A stretch of 64,000 nt of DNA from the human T2T-CHM13v2.0 reference genome, Homo sapiens. Position numbers and translations under genes: made by a program. Numbering within the stretch: position 1 is the stretch's first letter; every line of letters begins with the position of its first letter. Positions 37,137 to 50,970 of the stretch are shown piece by piece. Under the pieces are notes generated by a model. The model did no database searches and was not told where the DNA came from. It was given only the letters and a program-made list of their open reading frames with translations. The stretch is from assembly GCF_009914755.1 (NCBI RefSeq), contig NC_060927.1, one strand, 5' to 3'.

Positions 37137-40100
37137 GTAAAGGCAGTACAAAATATTAACAATTTCACTTAAGAGCATAGATGAGCAAATCGTAAATAAT
37201 AGTTATCTGACAAAATTGGAGAGACTACTAAGAAAATAAATTCATCAAGCAATATTGATCCTGAGACAGAAACGATTGTTTAACCTCAGAACATCCATCA
37301 ACATAAGGCATCCTATTAGTGGCCTAAAGGAGGAAACAAAGAGTCATATATATTTTTTCAATAAATGTAGAAAAATGACTTTTGATTTAGTTTAATACAC
37401 ACTTATAAGCAAAACTAAACAAACCAAAAATCTCTCAAATATTTGGACTACTAAGGCACTTCTAGAACTTTATACAGAGTATATGCCAAATCTATAGTAA
37501 ATATTCTGCTAAAAGAAAATTCATTGTATGCATTTTCTCAGAGATCTGGAAAAAAGATAAATATGCCCATTAACCCTGTCCATGTCTGATATAGTACTAG
37601 AACTGCTAGCAAATACAAAAGCACATGAAAAAAAAAAAAAGTGAGAAAGGTGAGAAAAAAATAGCACAAACCTGTAAGTATTTGCAAATGTATGCTCATT
37701 TACATAGGACAATCAACAGATTTTTTACATAAACCAGAACTCAAAATAAACTTCTGAAATACTGATGAGTAAGATCAACTTGCACATCCTAATAGCATTC
37801 ATCTAAACCACTAATAGCCAATTTAGAAATATAATAGAAATTAAGAACCCCTCATAATAACCATAAAAGAAAGTATCTAAAAATTATCTTGATCAAAAGG
37901 GCACAAAGTATTCACAAAGAGAAATTTTAAACTCTATTATATGTCATAAACATAAACTGAAATACCAGTTGATACCTTGTTCATGAATTAGATACCTTAA
38001 TATTGTAAAGGTGTGTACTATCGATAAACTAATTTCAAAGTTAAACATAATTCTCAAGAAAAATACCAGGAGGATCAGCAGAAGTATTTTAAAGAAATTC
38101 AACAAATTTATTCAAGAATGTATACAAAAATTAAAATCGTAGATTACTAAGTTCATTTTCAAAAAGTAGACCAAAGAAAACCTGACAGTATTAAGACACA
38201 TTATAAAACTATAATAATAAAAACAACATGAAACTGCCACAGAAATAAACAAATAGACCAAAGGAGATAGAATATTTATAAAGAGTTCTATAATCCATAG
38301 AGGAGCTATAGACATAACAAAACAGTAATGAAATCTATAAAGGAATAATTATGTAAAAAATATTTGGGAGAGATAGATTCATTTATGGAGAACGACAAGG
38401 TTGAACCCCCTACCATATACTATACACAAAGGTGAATTTCAAACATGTGGAAACTAAAGGAGTAATGCTAATACAATAAACTAAGGAAATACGCTGGTTA
38501 CCTTGGAGTGAGTACATAATGGTTAAACAAGACTCCGAAAGCACAAACTACAAAGAAAATCATAAAATAATTGTTGGCTTTGACTATATGTAAATTAAGT
38601 ATTTATGTTCACCATATGTTACTATTTGTAAAATTGAAAGGTGATATGCTTTGAGAAGATAGTTCTGACATTTAAAATCTTGAAAAGATTAATATAAAGA
38701 ACATTCAAGAAATTCCAGAAAATCAACTACCCAAAGGAAAGAAAATAAAAAATGGACAGAGAATTCACAAATAAGGTTCACAGAATGAGAAACCTTGAAG
38801 TATGACAGGAATACAATTAATCAGGAAAATACAATCAGAAAATAAAACTACCTCGAGATACGAATTTGTACCTACTTGACTGGCAAAAAATAAAAAGTTG
38901 AATAATAAGTATTGATAAGAGTCTAAGGAAATGGGATGTTTACTGGTAGAAATGTGTAATATAGATCTACAAAACTAAAGGACAATCTCCCAGGACTTAG
39001 TACAATTATTCATGTGTCTAATCTAGGAAATTTCAGTGCCACTACTGGATACATACGTTAGCACAGCAGTCTTCCAAATGAGGTACTTGTACACAAAATC
39101 TATTCAAGGAGGTATGCAAGCACAAATAGTTTCTACTGAATCAATTTTCCAATCCTCAGATTTCTTACATTCTTAAATTAATTGGTTGGCTTTCTTGTTT
39201 CCCACTCTTTCTTTCATTATTTCTCTTCCTTCACTTTAAGAAGAAAGGCCTACCATTTACCTGTCCAAAATCTTACATTGTTCCAGGATTCAAACGCCTG
39301 AATCCCTGATTCAAACAAAGAGACAATGTGAAGTCTGCAGGGTGATATGTGACATCAGAAGCAGGAAAGTTTGGTCAATGTTAGAGCATTCTGAATTCAA
39401 ATGTGTCAAACAGTGTAGCAAAAGGAGTGAAGTTATAGCTCTTTCTACGTCTTCATTTCTTCCACCCTTGACTACTGACAAAGAACGCATAGGTTTTGAG
39501 GAAGCAAAACTAGTAAAGCGTTGCTAAGAAAGATGAGGGTACCTTACTTCATCGAGGTAAATACAGGACTCAAAAAGAAAGACTCTGTGCCTTTTCTACC
39601 TGTTTTAGAATTATATTGTTTGAAACTTGTAAGAAGCACGCAGGATAATCTTAATCTGTTATGAAAGACTCCCTTGTCACCGTTCCGTTGTGAGAAAGGG
39701 CTAGGGGAGTACCTGTACTTTCAATCACCCTTCTCTATCTCTGTTGCATATTTTGCATGATTTCAAGAAAAAAGAAGGAAAAAAGTTCCATCTTTACTTC
39801 TCACAGATGAACACTACATTGTTAAGTAAAACAAAAGAAAACACAACTTTTATGAAACGTGTTTTTATTTTTTGAACATTTATTTAGATCCTTAGGAGAA
39901 AAATAACTTTTATGAAGTCATTTCTATGAGGTTAACTTGTATGAAGTTCATTAACTTTTATGAAGTTTATGTAGGCTATGAACCCATTTAAGACTTGGAG
40001 ACATGATTACATGAAATAACGAAAAAGTTAAATGTATAAATTTTGTCATAGTGAGTTCTGATAAGATGATCAATAACATAATTTCAAACATATTTCATTA

Positions 40101-40269
40101 GAATAAAAATCATGAGGAAAATGAAATGGGAACAAAAGTGCAAGAGAAAAAAGAACAATGTAAGATTGGTGACAGTTTAAAGAGCTTTTATTCAGTGAAG
40201 ATGCAAATCGTATGGTGTGCTTAGATTGTTTGTTCTAAATGCCATTTATGTTTTGACTAACAGAACAAA

Positions 40270-41500
40270 ACAAAACAAAAAACTTGTCTGTTGGAAAAAT
40301 GGCTGATTCTGGGTCTGCAGCAGAGCATTTATAAGGTGAGGCTTGCCATGCCTGAAAGAAAGGTGATATTAAAGACCACTAGGGTCACATCAAAAGAAGA
40401 CAAAAGCTAACAGAAAGAAATTTCTATGGTCAAAAATGGAAAAATCTGAGCACCAAAAAGAATAATGACCACAATCGATTGAAACACATATAAAGTCTAG
40501 AAGTTCACAGTGACCAAAAAAAAATTCATTTATAACCATGGAAGGTTGCCAGGGCAACAACTCATTATTCTGAAAACTGATTAAGGGAACACATCAAGTA
40601 CTTGTCTTGTCTTTTCTACTGACCTGTTTTTCAAAGTAACCAAATAGTTGATAAGGAAAAAATTTTTATAGGAAAGCAGGAATAATAAATGCAGAATGAT
40701 AGAAAGTCACTATTTTGCAACCTTAATGGAATATTGGATCTGATCACAGGCAGCTGCTGAAACTATTTAACTGACTGATGATGAATTTTAAATGGATGGA
40801 TCAGGCTGACAGCACCTGAACCACTGATCAATCTTAACATCACTAATAATACGGCAAAGTGCCTCATGATATGATATGACAGAAAATACTAAGCATCACC
40901 CATGAAGTATTCTTGCAAACAAAACAAAATAATCCTTAATTCTATCAATTCACTAGATCTAACTTTCAGTTTATGGGATATGTAGGGGAAAGAAAAACAT
41001 GTTAAACAACACCATGAAGACACAGTTGTGACAACACAATCATATCTAAGACAAAAGATGCAACTTCTCCCACAAATAAGTGCCATGGAAAACTTAAAAA
41101 AAGAAATGTTACAGAGTAAAAGAGACTCAAAAGGAATCAATCAAATATAACACATGGACCTTTTTTGGATCCTAATTCACATAAGCCAGCAGAAAAAAAA
41201 GAAGCAGAAAAAATTGAGCATATATTGAATATTAGACACTATTAAGGGAATATTATAAATTATGCTGATTGTGACATAACAGTTTTGTGGTTTTTGCAGT
41301 CAGATATACATTTAAAAATATTTGTGAATGAAGTAGTATGATGTATGCAATTTACTTTGAAATACTGTAACAAATAGGGGGAAAATGCCTAAGAATGGCA
41401 GAATGGTGACTTTGTTTAAGTTAGGTAATTGGTAAATGGACGTTTGTTATACTATTCTACTTTTGTACATTCTTAAAAATTCATAATAAAGAGGGTTTTT
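40270..41500 (+). mobile_element. L1MC/MD-type 3' UTR
   Basis: aaaaatggctgattctgggtctg...; atggatcaggctgacagcacctgaacc; ends ctacttttgtacatt...ttcataataaa. Confidence 0.75.
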
Positions 41501-41525
41501 AAAAACATATTTAAAAAAAAATCTT

Positions 41526-41842
41526 GGCTGGGCGCAGTGCCTCACACCTCTAATCCCAGAACCTTGAGAGGCCAAGGTGGGAGGACTGCTTGAGTTCAGG
41601 AGTTCAAGACCAGCCTGGGAACATAGTGAGATCCTCATCTCCAAAAAGCTAAAAAAAAAAAAAATAGCTAGGCATGTTGGTGCACCTGTAGTCCCAGCGA
41701 CTTGGGAAACTGAAGTGAGAGGATCGCTTGAGCCCAGGCTGTCAAGGCTGCAGTGAGCCGTGATCGTGATCACGTCAGTGCACTCCAGCCTGGGTTACAA
41801 AGTGAGACCCAGTCTCTAAAAAAAAATTAAAATAAAATAAAA
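41526..41842 (+). mobile_element. AluJ
   Basis: J-type features: gaggactgcttgag, ggatcgcttgagcccagg, aaggctgcagtgagc. Confidence 0.9.
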
Positions 41843-41849
41843 ACTTCTC

Positions 41850-42194
<345 letters not shown>

Positions 42195-42540
42195 TTAAAG
42201 AATAATGCAACATTTTTATTTTAAAATATTTACAAATGTTAGAAATCATACTTTAACAACTATTTAAATTTATAACAAAACAGGTTTTGATCTGAAATTA
42301 ATGTGCAAGGAACTATATAATTTTAAAAATTCTTTTTAGGGGTTCATGAGCATAAAACTTCGAAGACTTGCCCTAGATAACTTCTTTCTAGATACATGAC
42401 CCTTCTTGCCGACTGAGTCAACATCTCAAGATAGAGATTAAAAAAAAAAAAAAAATCCACTCAGCTTTTATCTGTAAAATGAAGAGCTAATTTTGCTGGG
42501 GCATTCTGGGAAATATTTTCTTCTATAACAAAACAAAATA

Positions 42541-42822
42541 CACTTTGGGAGGCCGAGGCGAGTGGATCACGAGGTCAGGAGTTCGAGACCAGCCTGGCCA
42601 AGATGGTGAAACCCCGTCTCTACTAAAAATACAAAAATTAGCCAGGTGTGGTGGCATGTGCCTGCAGTCCCAGCTACTTGGGAGGCTGAGGCAGAGAATT
42701 GCTTGAACCCGGAAGGCGGAGGTTTCAGTAAGCCGAAATCGTGCCACTGCACTCCAGCCTGGGCAACAGAGCAAGACTCTGTCCCCCAAATAAAATAATA
42801 AAACAATAATAATAATAATAAA
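42541..42822 (+). mobile_element. Slightly 5'-truncated Alu (Sg-like) with an (AAT)n tail
   Basis: Starts at cactttgggaggccgagg. Confidence 0.92.
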
Positions 42823-42944
42823 GTGCTGTCTTGATGCCCTCACTGACTCCTACACCCCTGTCTCCTTCGTGGCCTTTGTGTAATATCATATGAGGACACG
42901 ATGCTAGAAACTGCTGCAGCCATCCAGTGAAAAGAGAGAACCAT

Positions 42945-43358
42945 TGTCTAAGGATGCCAGAAAAAGTTTGAGATTATATTCTGTAGAAGCAGAACTAAGA
43001 CAGAGTTTGGGGATGAACATATGTGATAGACAAGTGGAGGGAGCAGGATTGGGCAGAGGAAGAAGACAAACTAATTCAGACCCAATAAATCCTCAACTAA
43101 AATACAGTGAGCTCTTGAGCAAAGAATTTCCAATTATAGTGTCCTGTTGTGGGCCACACCTTTAAACACTAGGGTCAGCCTTGCTCAGTCACCAGAGGGC
43201 AGCTTCCCTAAGAGTATGCCTGGGGGCAGGGTGGCTCCCTGCAGCCAAGGCTGACACTGCAGCAGCTCACAGCTGCAGGCTTTCTACCCAATGCATGCCT
43301 CACAGTTGGTTTGTAAGTACTTCCTTGAAGGGAGGGATCTCAGTAGCAGCACAGTACA
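42945..43358. mobile_element. Old ERVL/MaLR-type LTR relic
   Basis: gtggagggagcaggattgggcagagg; gcagctcacagctgcagg; family not resolved. Confidence 0.4.
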
Positions 43359-44029
43359 ACCTGAGTTCTGGTAGCATTGTTGAGTCTCTTAACAAATTCC
43401 AGGACACCTATTTCTGATGTTAGTCAGGCAGGCAAGGTGAGTTGAGGGTAGGAATGGTTTGAGGTAGAGGATGGCAGACTAACCCTGACTGCAGCTTGCC
43501 ATGCAGGATGGGTGTCATAGTAAAAGGTAAACAAGGCTCAAATCCCAAAGAGCCCTCTCTGTATTATTTACTAAGTGGTTAAAACCATAGCCTAAAATGT
43601 TAAGGTCAATGAGGACCTACATGGAGGGGTTTTCAGGAGGAGAGTCAGGTCAGATTTTCAGTTTTGATAATCGCTTGGCCTGCTATGAATTTGAATGATC
43701 CAAGGCCTGGGGCAGGTAGAACATGAAAGAGATAAGGTAAGGGTAGTGGCACTAAGAATACAAATGAGTAAATGTAGCTTGTACCGAATATTTATTTCAC
43801 ACAGTAGCTGACCAAAGGTGCAGACATAATTGGAGTAACACTTGTTAGAAGAAAAATACTGTGAGTTACTAGTGAGTCCGGAATAGTAATACTTGAAAAA
43901 GAAAACATGGTTCAGCAAGTTATGGGTCAAGTGATAATCAGGGTGACTTCTTTCTTTATTATTATTTTCCAAAACTCTGGAAAAATCGTATGTGAAAATA
44001 AATGCATGCATATTGGAAATTTCTAGTAA

Positions 44030-44245
44030 GGACCTGCTAGAGCTAAGCAGCCTGGGTTGAACTAAGCCTGAGTTTAAGACCAGCTTTGTCATTTGCAAGG
44101 TGCTTACTCTGGGAAAAGTTGCTTACTTCTCTTATTCTTAGTACCTACATCATAGGCTTGTTGGAAGATAAAATGAAAAAAAGGGCTGTAAAGCACGTGA
44201 TATGTAATAAATCCAAAACAAATGGAATCTGTTCTTATTACTTTT
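44030..44245 (+). mobile_element. MIR SINE
   Basis: cctgagtttaagaccagctttgtcattt...tacctacatcataggcttgttggaagataaaatga. Confidence 0.55.
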
Positions 44246-44859
44246 GTCATCCTGAACAGATGAAAGTAAAACTTGAAAAGATCAACAAATTGGCTCTACA
44301 TGAGACAGATTTATCAACATTTAAAAGCATAGCAAAACAAAGAAAGATTTAGAACAATGAACACACAAATGTCCCACTACTTATAAAGAAAGGGTGACTC
44401 TAGAATTCATAAATCTGAATAAAGTACCCATGAACCTTCCAGATATGTTCTAAGAAATTATTTGTATTTACAAGTGCCATACAAATTTAATATGCTAGTA
44501 TCATTTAATTATGTCCAATTAAATTATATTATCTATTTTCACACCAGACCCCCTTTTCTTATGTTTTCATGATAAATGTATGTTCTAGAAAACTTGTTTG
44601 CTAAGGACAATTTAAATTTAAAGTAAAGCTATTTATTTACAAACTTCAGGCTGTGTACAAAATTGATAAGATAGCAACGTGATGTACTGGGCTTTGAACA
44701 GGAAAAACAAGTTTCTGATACAATTAGCAGAGCATGCCTTGGCACTATTTTCCAAAGAGAATAAACCATACATTCTTTTTACTGCCTTCCTTATGTCAGC
44801 CTAGAGCAAGGGCTGCAGAGATGTGCACTCTGGATTCATATATTGTTTATACTATTGTA

Positions 44860-45200
44860 TGTTTGATTAACATTTTAGGCCAGTGTACAGAAAAAGGACA
44901 GATGACATTTACAGATGATAAAGTAGGAGGCAAAAACCATCATAGAGGATTCAAAAAATTTTTGACAGCCTGGCAAATGGGTTCAAATTAGTATGACGTG
45001 ATTAAGTATGGATTAATGTAAAATCTTGCATTAAGTTTTTAGATTTAACTTATAGAATGGGGAAAAACTTGATTTAATATATTTTCTTTGAAAAAAAAAT
45101 GGCTGATTTTGTTGACTACATGACAAAAGGAAATAATAGTGCTGTATTACCATTAAAAAAAAAAACACTATTATCTTCTTGGAATACACTGATATAATAA
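44860..45200 (+). mobile_element. CR1/L3 LINE remnant
   Basis: cagatgataaagtaggagg...ggattcaaaaaatttttgacagcctgg...taatgtaaaatcttgcattaag resembles the CR1 RT region. Confidence 0.55.
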
Positions 45201-46295
45201 TTCACTAAGTCTACCAAATGGGTTGTCTATTATATGCTTGGCATTGTGACAATCTCTATAAGAAATTCAAAGACTGTGTAGGAGAGCATAAAGTTTACTA
45301 GATCAAGAAATAAAATTGTCCCATTGTGCCTGTCATATAATTGTGGAAAGCCTACTATGGATAAGGTATGCTGATGCTTGTGGGATTGCAACTGATAATA
45401 AAACATAGCTCCTACCTATAGAATATGTAATTTATTACAGATCATAGGACAGGGAAATTTCTTTCTTAAATTTTGAGATTTTAGGCTTATTACAAAGTAT
45501 TATTGCTCAGGAAAATCCAATATTCTGTAGATTAATTAATCATATATTTACATATCCATACACACATAATACATATGTGTCTGCAGAGAATTCATAGTTA
45601 AATATTCATAGGGTTTACCTCTGATGGCTATGAAGAGGACTGCTGCTTCCTCTTTGTGTTGGTATGGATAAAAATCCCCAAAGAATTCCATATGTCAGTA
45701 GGTCTGTTTCTCAGCAACTCTAGCCTCTCTGATTGCCCCATATCTTTTCTCCTTCTTTTTTGGTCATCAGTTTTTGTTTTAACAACCTTAACTTTGGCAT
45801 TGAGTTTGATTTTGAGAAGAGGGGTTTTAATCAATTAAGTAATTTATCCAATTAATTGACAAGACAAAGTCCTAGGAAGTGAGATAATTTTCCCCATCTT
45901 GCAATGTAATATATATTTTTTAAATTCCTGAGTGACAACTCTATAAGGTCATCTGAGTTCTGGCAGCTCCATTTTAATCTTGATTATATACACTTCATGA
46001 TTTTGTTGTCTTCTTAGATCTTGCTTTTTCAGACCACTCAATACATATGCAAATCCAGTGTGTGACTACTCTGTATACCATTCTCTTTTCACTTTCACTA
46101 CTTACCTATGTAGATTTACTGATAATCCAATATCATTGTCATGCTTAACTTACAAAATTGTGCAACTATCCCTACAATTAAATTATACATTATTTTTTAA
46201 CACTTGAAAATAATAATAGCCAACATTTATATAGTGTTTATTATATACCTGGCACTATTCTAAATCCTTAACATGGAATAACTCATTTAATCTCC

Positions 46296-47166
46296 TGTCT
46301 TAGTCTGTTTAGGGTACTATAGCAAAATACCTTACACTGAGTAATTTATAAAGGACAGAAATATATTAGTCACAGTTCTGGAAGCAGAAATGAACAAGGT
46401 CAAGTTGCCAGCAGAGTCAGTGTCTGATGAGGTTTTGCTCTCTGCTTCAGAGATGGTGCCTTCTATGTGTCCTCATATGGTGGAAGTGAGGAACAAGTTC
46501 CCTCAGGTTTTTTTTAATAAGGTGATTAATCCCATTCATCAGGGCTCCACTCTCATGATCTAATCAACTCCCATAGGCCCTGCTTCTTAATATTATTGCA
46601 TTGTTATTCATAAGTTTTAACATACTTGAAACTTATGAATCTAGGCTGAGTGCAGTGGCTCACGCCTGTAATCCTAGCATTTTGGGAGGCTGAGGTGGGC
46701 AGATCACTTAAGCCCAGAAGTTCGAGATCAGTCTGGGAAACATGGCAAAACCCCATCTCTACAAAAAATGCAAAAAATTAGCTTAGTGTGGGGGCACACA
46801 TCTGTGTTCCTAGCTATTTGGGGGGCTGAGGTGGGAGGATTGCTTGAGCCTGGGAGGTGGAGGCTGCAGTGAGCTGATTGTACCACTGAACACCAGCCTG
46901 GGTGACAAAGTGAGACCCTGTCTAAAAAAAAAAAAAAAGAAAGAAAAAAGAAATTTATCTATCTCCTGCAAATTCATATGTTGAAACTTATGAATAATAA
47001 TGCAGTGTTGAAACATATTACTCATAAACTTATAAATAATAAGTTTATAGATATACTTATTCATAAGTAAGCTTACGTATAATACATTTCAATGTATGTA
47101 AACTAAACTTATGAAAAATAAGTTTAACATATGAATTTGCAAAGGCACATATACTGAACCACAGCA
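46296..47166 (-). mobile_element. MST/MLT1A-type MaLR LTR inserted in a MIR, containing an AluJ and a rearranged AT-rich patch
   Basis: tgtcttagtctgttt...cacagttctggaag...aatcccattcat...aaccacagca; TSD-like tctcc/tcccc. Confidence 0.8.
46644..46949 (+). mobile_element. AluJ
   Basis: ggattgcttgagcctgggaggtggaggctgcag; degenerate TSD gaaacttatgaatct / gaaatttatctatct. Confidence 0.92.
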
Positions 47167-47671
47167 TCCCCCAACAAGCGTATCATGTAGTTACTATTAT
47201 TAATTCCAAATGCTATTAAAATAATCTCTGTTATATTTTGAGCAGAGATTCTCTCACAACAGAATTTTATTGAAAAATTTAAGAGAAAAGATTGTTTTTA
47301 CTAAGGGCATAGAGAAGACTTCCTGGGGAAAATGTCATATAATTTGACAGATGTTGAAATTTTTAAATAAGGAAAGATTAAATACAGTGGGGAAGAATGG
47401 GAAAGTGAAATGCACATCCCAGTAGAGCTAAACATGAATAAAGCACAGAAGTCAGGAAAGGCAAGATGCACTGAGAAGGCATCCATAAAGCAGAAAGAAA
47501 ATCAGTCACCAAGAGCTGGGATGCCATGTTGAGGACTTTGGGTTTTATTCTCTAAAGAAACAAAAGGTCTCTTAGGGACAGAATAATTTCTCCCTTAATA
47601 TGTAAAATAAGAGAAAAGACACTTAGCTGGCCACCACGTCACACCTAAGTTAGATCCATCCTTCTTGGAAA

Positions 47672-47930
47672 TTCTTACTGATATGTGGGAGCTAAGCTAT
47701 GAGGACGCAAAGGCATAAGAATGATACAATGGACTTTGGGGACTTGGGGGGAAGGGTAGGAGGGGGGCGAGGGATAAAAGACTACAAATAGCATGCAGTG
47801 TATACTGCTTGGGTGATGAGTGCAACACAATCTCACAAATCACCACTGAAGAACTTACTCATGTAACCAAACACCACCTGTACCCCAATAACCTATGGAA
47901 AACTAAAAAAAAAAAAAAAAAAACAAAAAA
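47672..47930 (+). mobile_element. L1PB 3' end with poly(A)
   Basis: gggagctaagctatgaggacgcaaaggcataagaatgatacaatggactttgggg...ccccaataacctatggaaa. Confidence 0.88.
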
Positions 47931-49391
47931 CTCCCTCTCCCTCTCCCTCCTCTCCCTCGTCTCCCTCTCCCCACGGTCTCCCTCTCCCTCTCTTTCCACG
48001 GTCTCCCTCTGATGCAGAGCCAAAGCTGGACTGTACTGCTGCCATCTCAGCTCACTGCAACCTCACTGCCTGATTCTCCTGCCTCAGCCTGCCGAGTGCC
48101 TGCGATTGCAGGCGCGCGCCGCCACGCCTGACTGGTTTTCGTATTTTTTTGGTGGAGACGGGGTTTCGCTGTGTTGGCCGGGCTGGTCTCCAGCTCCTAA
48201 CCACGAGTGATCCGCCAGCCTCGGCCTCCCGAGGTGCCAGGATTGCAGACCGAGTCTCGTTCACTCAGTGCTCAATGGTGCCCAGGCTGGAGTGCAGTGG
48301 CGTGATCTCGGCTCGCTACAACTTCCACCTCCCAGCCGCCTGCCTTGGCCTCCCAAAGTGCAGAGATTGCAGCCTCTACCCGGCCGCCACCCCGTCTGGG
48401 AAGTGAGGAGCGTCTCTGCCTGGCCGCCATCCCATCTAGGAAGTGAGGAGCGCCTCTTCCCAGCCGCCATCCCATCTAGGAAGTGAGGAGCGTCTCTGCC
48501 CGGCCGCCCATCATCTGAGATGTGGGGAGCGCCTCTGCCCTGCCGCCCCGTCTGGGATGTGAGGAGCGTCTCTGCCCGGCTGCCCCGTCTGAGAGGTGAG
48601 GAGCCCCTCCGCCCGGCAGCCGCACCATCTGAGAAGTGAGGAGTCCCTCCGCCCGGCAGCCACCCCGTCTGGGAAGTGAGGAGCGTCTCCGCCCGGCAGC
48701 CACCCCGTCCGGGAGGGAGGTGGGGGTCAGCCCCGCGCCCGGCCAGCCGCCCCGTCTGGGAGGTGAGGGGCGCCTCTGCCCAGCCGCCCCTACTGGGAAG
48801 TGAGGAGCCCCTCTGCCCGGCCTCCACCCCGTCTGGGAGGTGTACCCAACAGCTCATTGAGAACGGGCCATGATGACAATGGCGGTTTTGTGGAATAGAA
48901 AGCGGGGAAAGGTGGGGAAAAGATTGAGAAATCGGATGGTTGCCGTGTCTGTGTAGAAAGAGGTAGACATGGGAGACTTTTCATTTTGTTCTGTACTAAG
49001 AAAAATTCTTCTTCCTTGGGATCCTGTTGATCTGTGACCTTGCCCCCAACCCTGTGCTCTCTGAAACATGTGCTGTGTCCACTCAGGGTTGAATGGATTA
49101 AGGGTGGTGCAAGATGTGCTTTGTTAAACAGATGCTTGAAGGCAGCATGCTCGTTAAGAGTCATCACCACTCCCTAATCTCAAGTACCCAGGGACACAAA
49201 CACTGCAGAAGGCCGCAGGGTCCTCTGCCTAGGAAAACCAGAGACCTCTGTTCACTTGTTTATCTGCTGACCTTCCCTCCACTATTGTCCTGTGACCCTG
49301 CCAAATCCCCCTCTGCGAGAAACACCCAAGAATGATCAATAAAAAAAAAAAAAAAAAGAAAAGAAAAAGAAGAAGAAGAAAAAAAAAAAAA
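47931..49391 (+). mobile_element. SVA retrotransposon (about 1.46 kb, probably C/D-like)
   Basis: Short CCCTCT hexamer head; antisense Alu-like region; GC-rich VNTR (about 48380-48840); SINE-R ending aaacacccaagaatgatcaataaa; A-rich tail. Confidence 0.97.
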
Positions 49392-50129
49392 GGTTCTCGA
49401 GTAAACAGTTTGAAGATGGTAAAAATCTTTTGACCTTCAAGTTGCTTCATCTTCGAATGACTCCGTGGCTACTGTCAGTAGCACAGCTGAACTCAGCCAA
49501 CTCAAGCACATCTTATGCACTTATCAATATACTGAATATTCAAAACCAGGTATTATCCATATTTTTGTTTATTATTAAAATAAAGTTCATATAAACTTAT
49601 GTAAGGTTTGTCCATAAGAAAGACTGATATTTTCATAAGCATTCCAGAACTTATACCTCCATGTGAGTGGGTCACTTTATGGGTATTATCTTGCACTTTA
49701 CTGGTGATACTATCTATTGTCAAAACCTTCAGGGAATGGCTGTCAAACCCAGGTTCTAACACAGACAAGATAGGTTGTTTTCTCCTTTATCAGTATATTT
49801 TGTTATTGAAGCAAAATGAAATTAAAGTTGGAATTACCCATTCTACTCACTTTTCTTAGTACCAAAATTGCTTTTGACTGTTTGGAAAAATAAAATTCAT
49901 ACCCAAAGTGTAGAGATTTGCTACCTGCCTAAAAATAGCAGCCATCATTATTCAGCACTTAACATATTCTGGGAACTGTGGTAAGTGCTATAGGTATATG
50001 ATCTATTATGTGTCTTAAGCCATGAGGAAACTTTGATATGGTTGGGTTAAGGATCAATAAAAAGGTCACACAGTTAGACATAATTAAGTGGGGGAAAACA
50101 GTCTGCAACATGGGATGTATTTGAAGTTA

Positions 50130-50315
50130 ATGTTTATGTAGCATGGTGGTTAAGAGTTGGTGTCGTGGGTGTTAAGTGTCTGGATTTAGAATCTCGCTCC
50201 AACATTTCATGCCTAATCTTAGGGTGGCTGTTTGCAACCTCCCTTGGTTTCCTTGCCTTTAAAACTGTGGTAAGATGTGCACTATGCACACTGTACTTAG
50301 CACAGTAGTTGGTGC
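50130..50315 (+). mobile_element. MIR SINE
   Basis: tagcatggtggttaagag...tctggatttagaatctcgctcc...tacttagcacagt. Confidence 0.6.
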
Positions 50316-50319
50316 TGGC

Positions 50320-50685
50320 TGTTGGGTCTATGGAGCTTCAGCTGAGAAAGGTTGTCTCTGTCCCTCGAGGCCTCCCATCTTTCAGTTGGCCAGACTAGGC
50401 TTCTTCCTATGGCAGTCCCGGGGCAGCATTCCAAGACAACCAAAACAAAAGTGGAAGCCTTCCTGATAGTCGACTAAGCTAAGAAATTTTACTAATTACT
50501 TCCCTACGATCTCTGGGTCAAAGCTTCTCACATGTTCTGCTAAGATTCAAGAGGGAGAGAAATAGAATCTACATTTTGATGGGTGGAGTAGCAGCCACAT
50601 GGCTAAGACACATGCGTACAAGATAAAAGAAATGGTCGTTTTCTTTTTCTTTCTTTATTATATTATTTTTGCAATCAACTCCAGT
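50320..50685 (-). mobile_element. MLT1-type MaLR LTR fragment
   Basis: ggccagactaggcttctt...agattcaagagggagagaaataga...ttttgatgggtggagtagc...ttttgcaatc. Confidence 0.6.
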
Positions 50686-50739
50686 AATATTGGGGAGGTG
50701 GGACCTTAAAGAGGAGCTACTTTGAGGGCTTTGAGAGAT

Positions 50740-50970
50740 AAATAACAAGATGATTAAATTTGCTTTTAGATGTCTTTGTCTTAAGTGTGGAGAATAGATG
50801 GAGAAAGAAAAGACTAGGCATAGAGAATCCAGATGGGATACAATTACAGTAACCCAGGTGATAGATGATGGTGGCCTGAAATAGGTAGTGGCAGTGGGAC
50901 AGAGGGAGGTGGAAAAATCAAAGTGGACAAAATCAAAAGACTCAGCTGAAAGGACTGACTTTGGGAATAA
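50740..50970 (-). mobile_element. L2 fragment
   Basis: ttacagtaacccaggtgatagatgatggtggcctgaaataggtagtggcagtgg. Confidence 0.7.

Noticed and set aside
48380-48840. Regularly spaced repeats superficially like a CRISPR array
   Set aside because: SVA VNTR units with no unique spacers, in eukaryotic DNA.
48052-49450. Cluster of overlapping ORFs up to 198 aa
   Set aside because: Stop-poor GC-rich SVA VNTR, Alu-like and SINE-R sequence.
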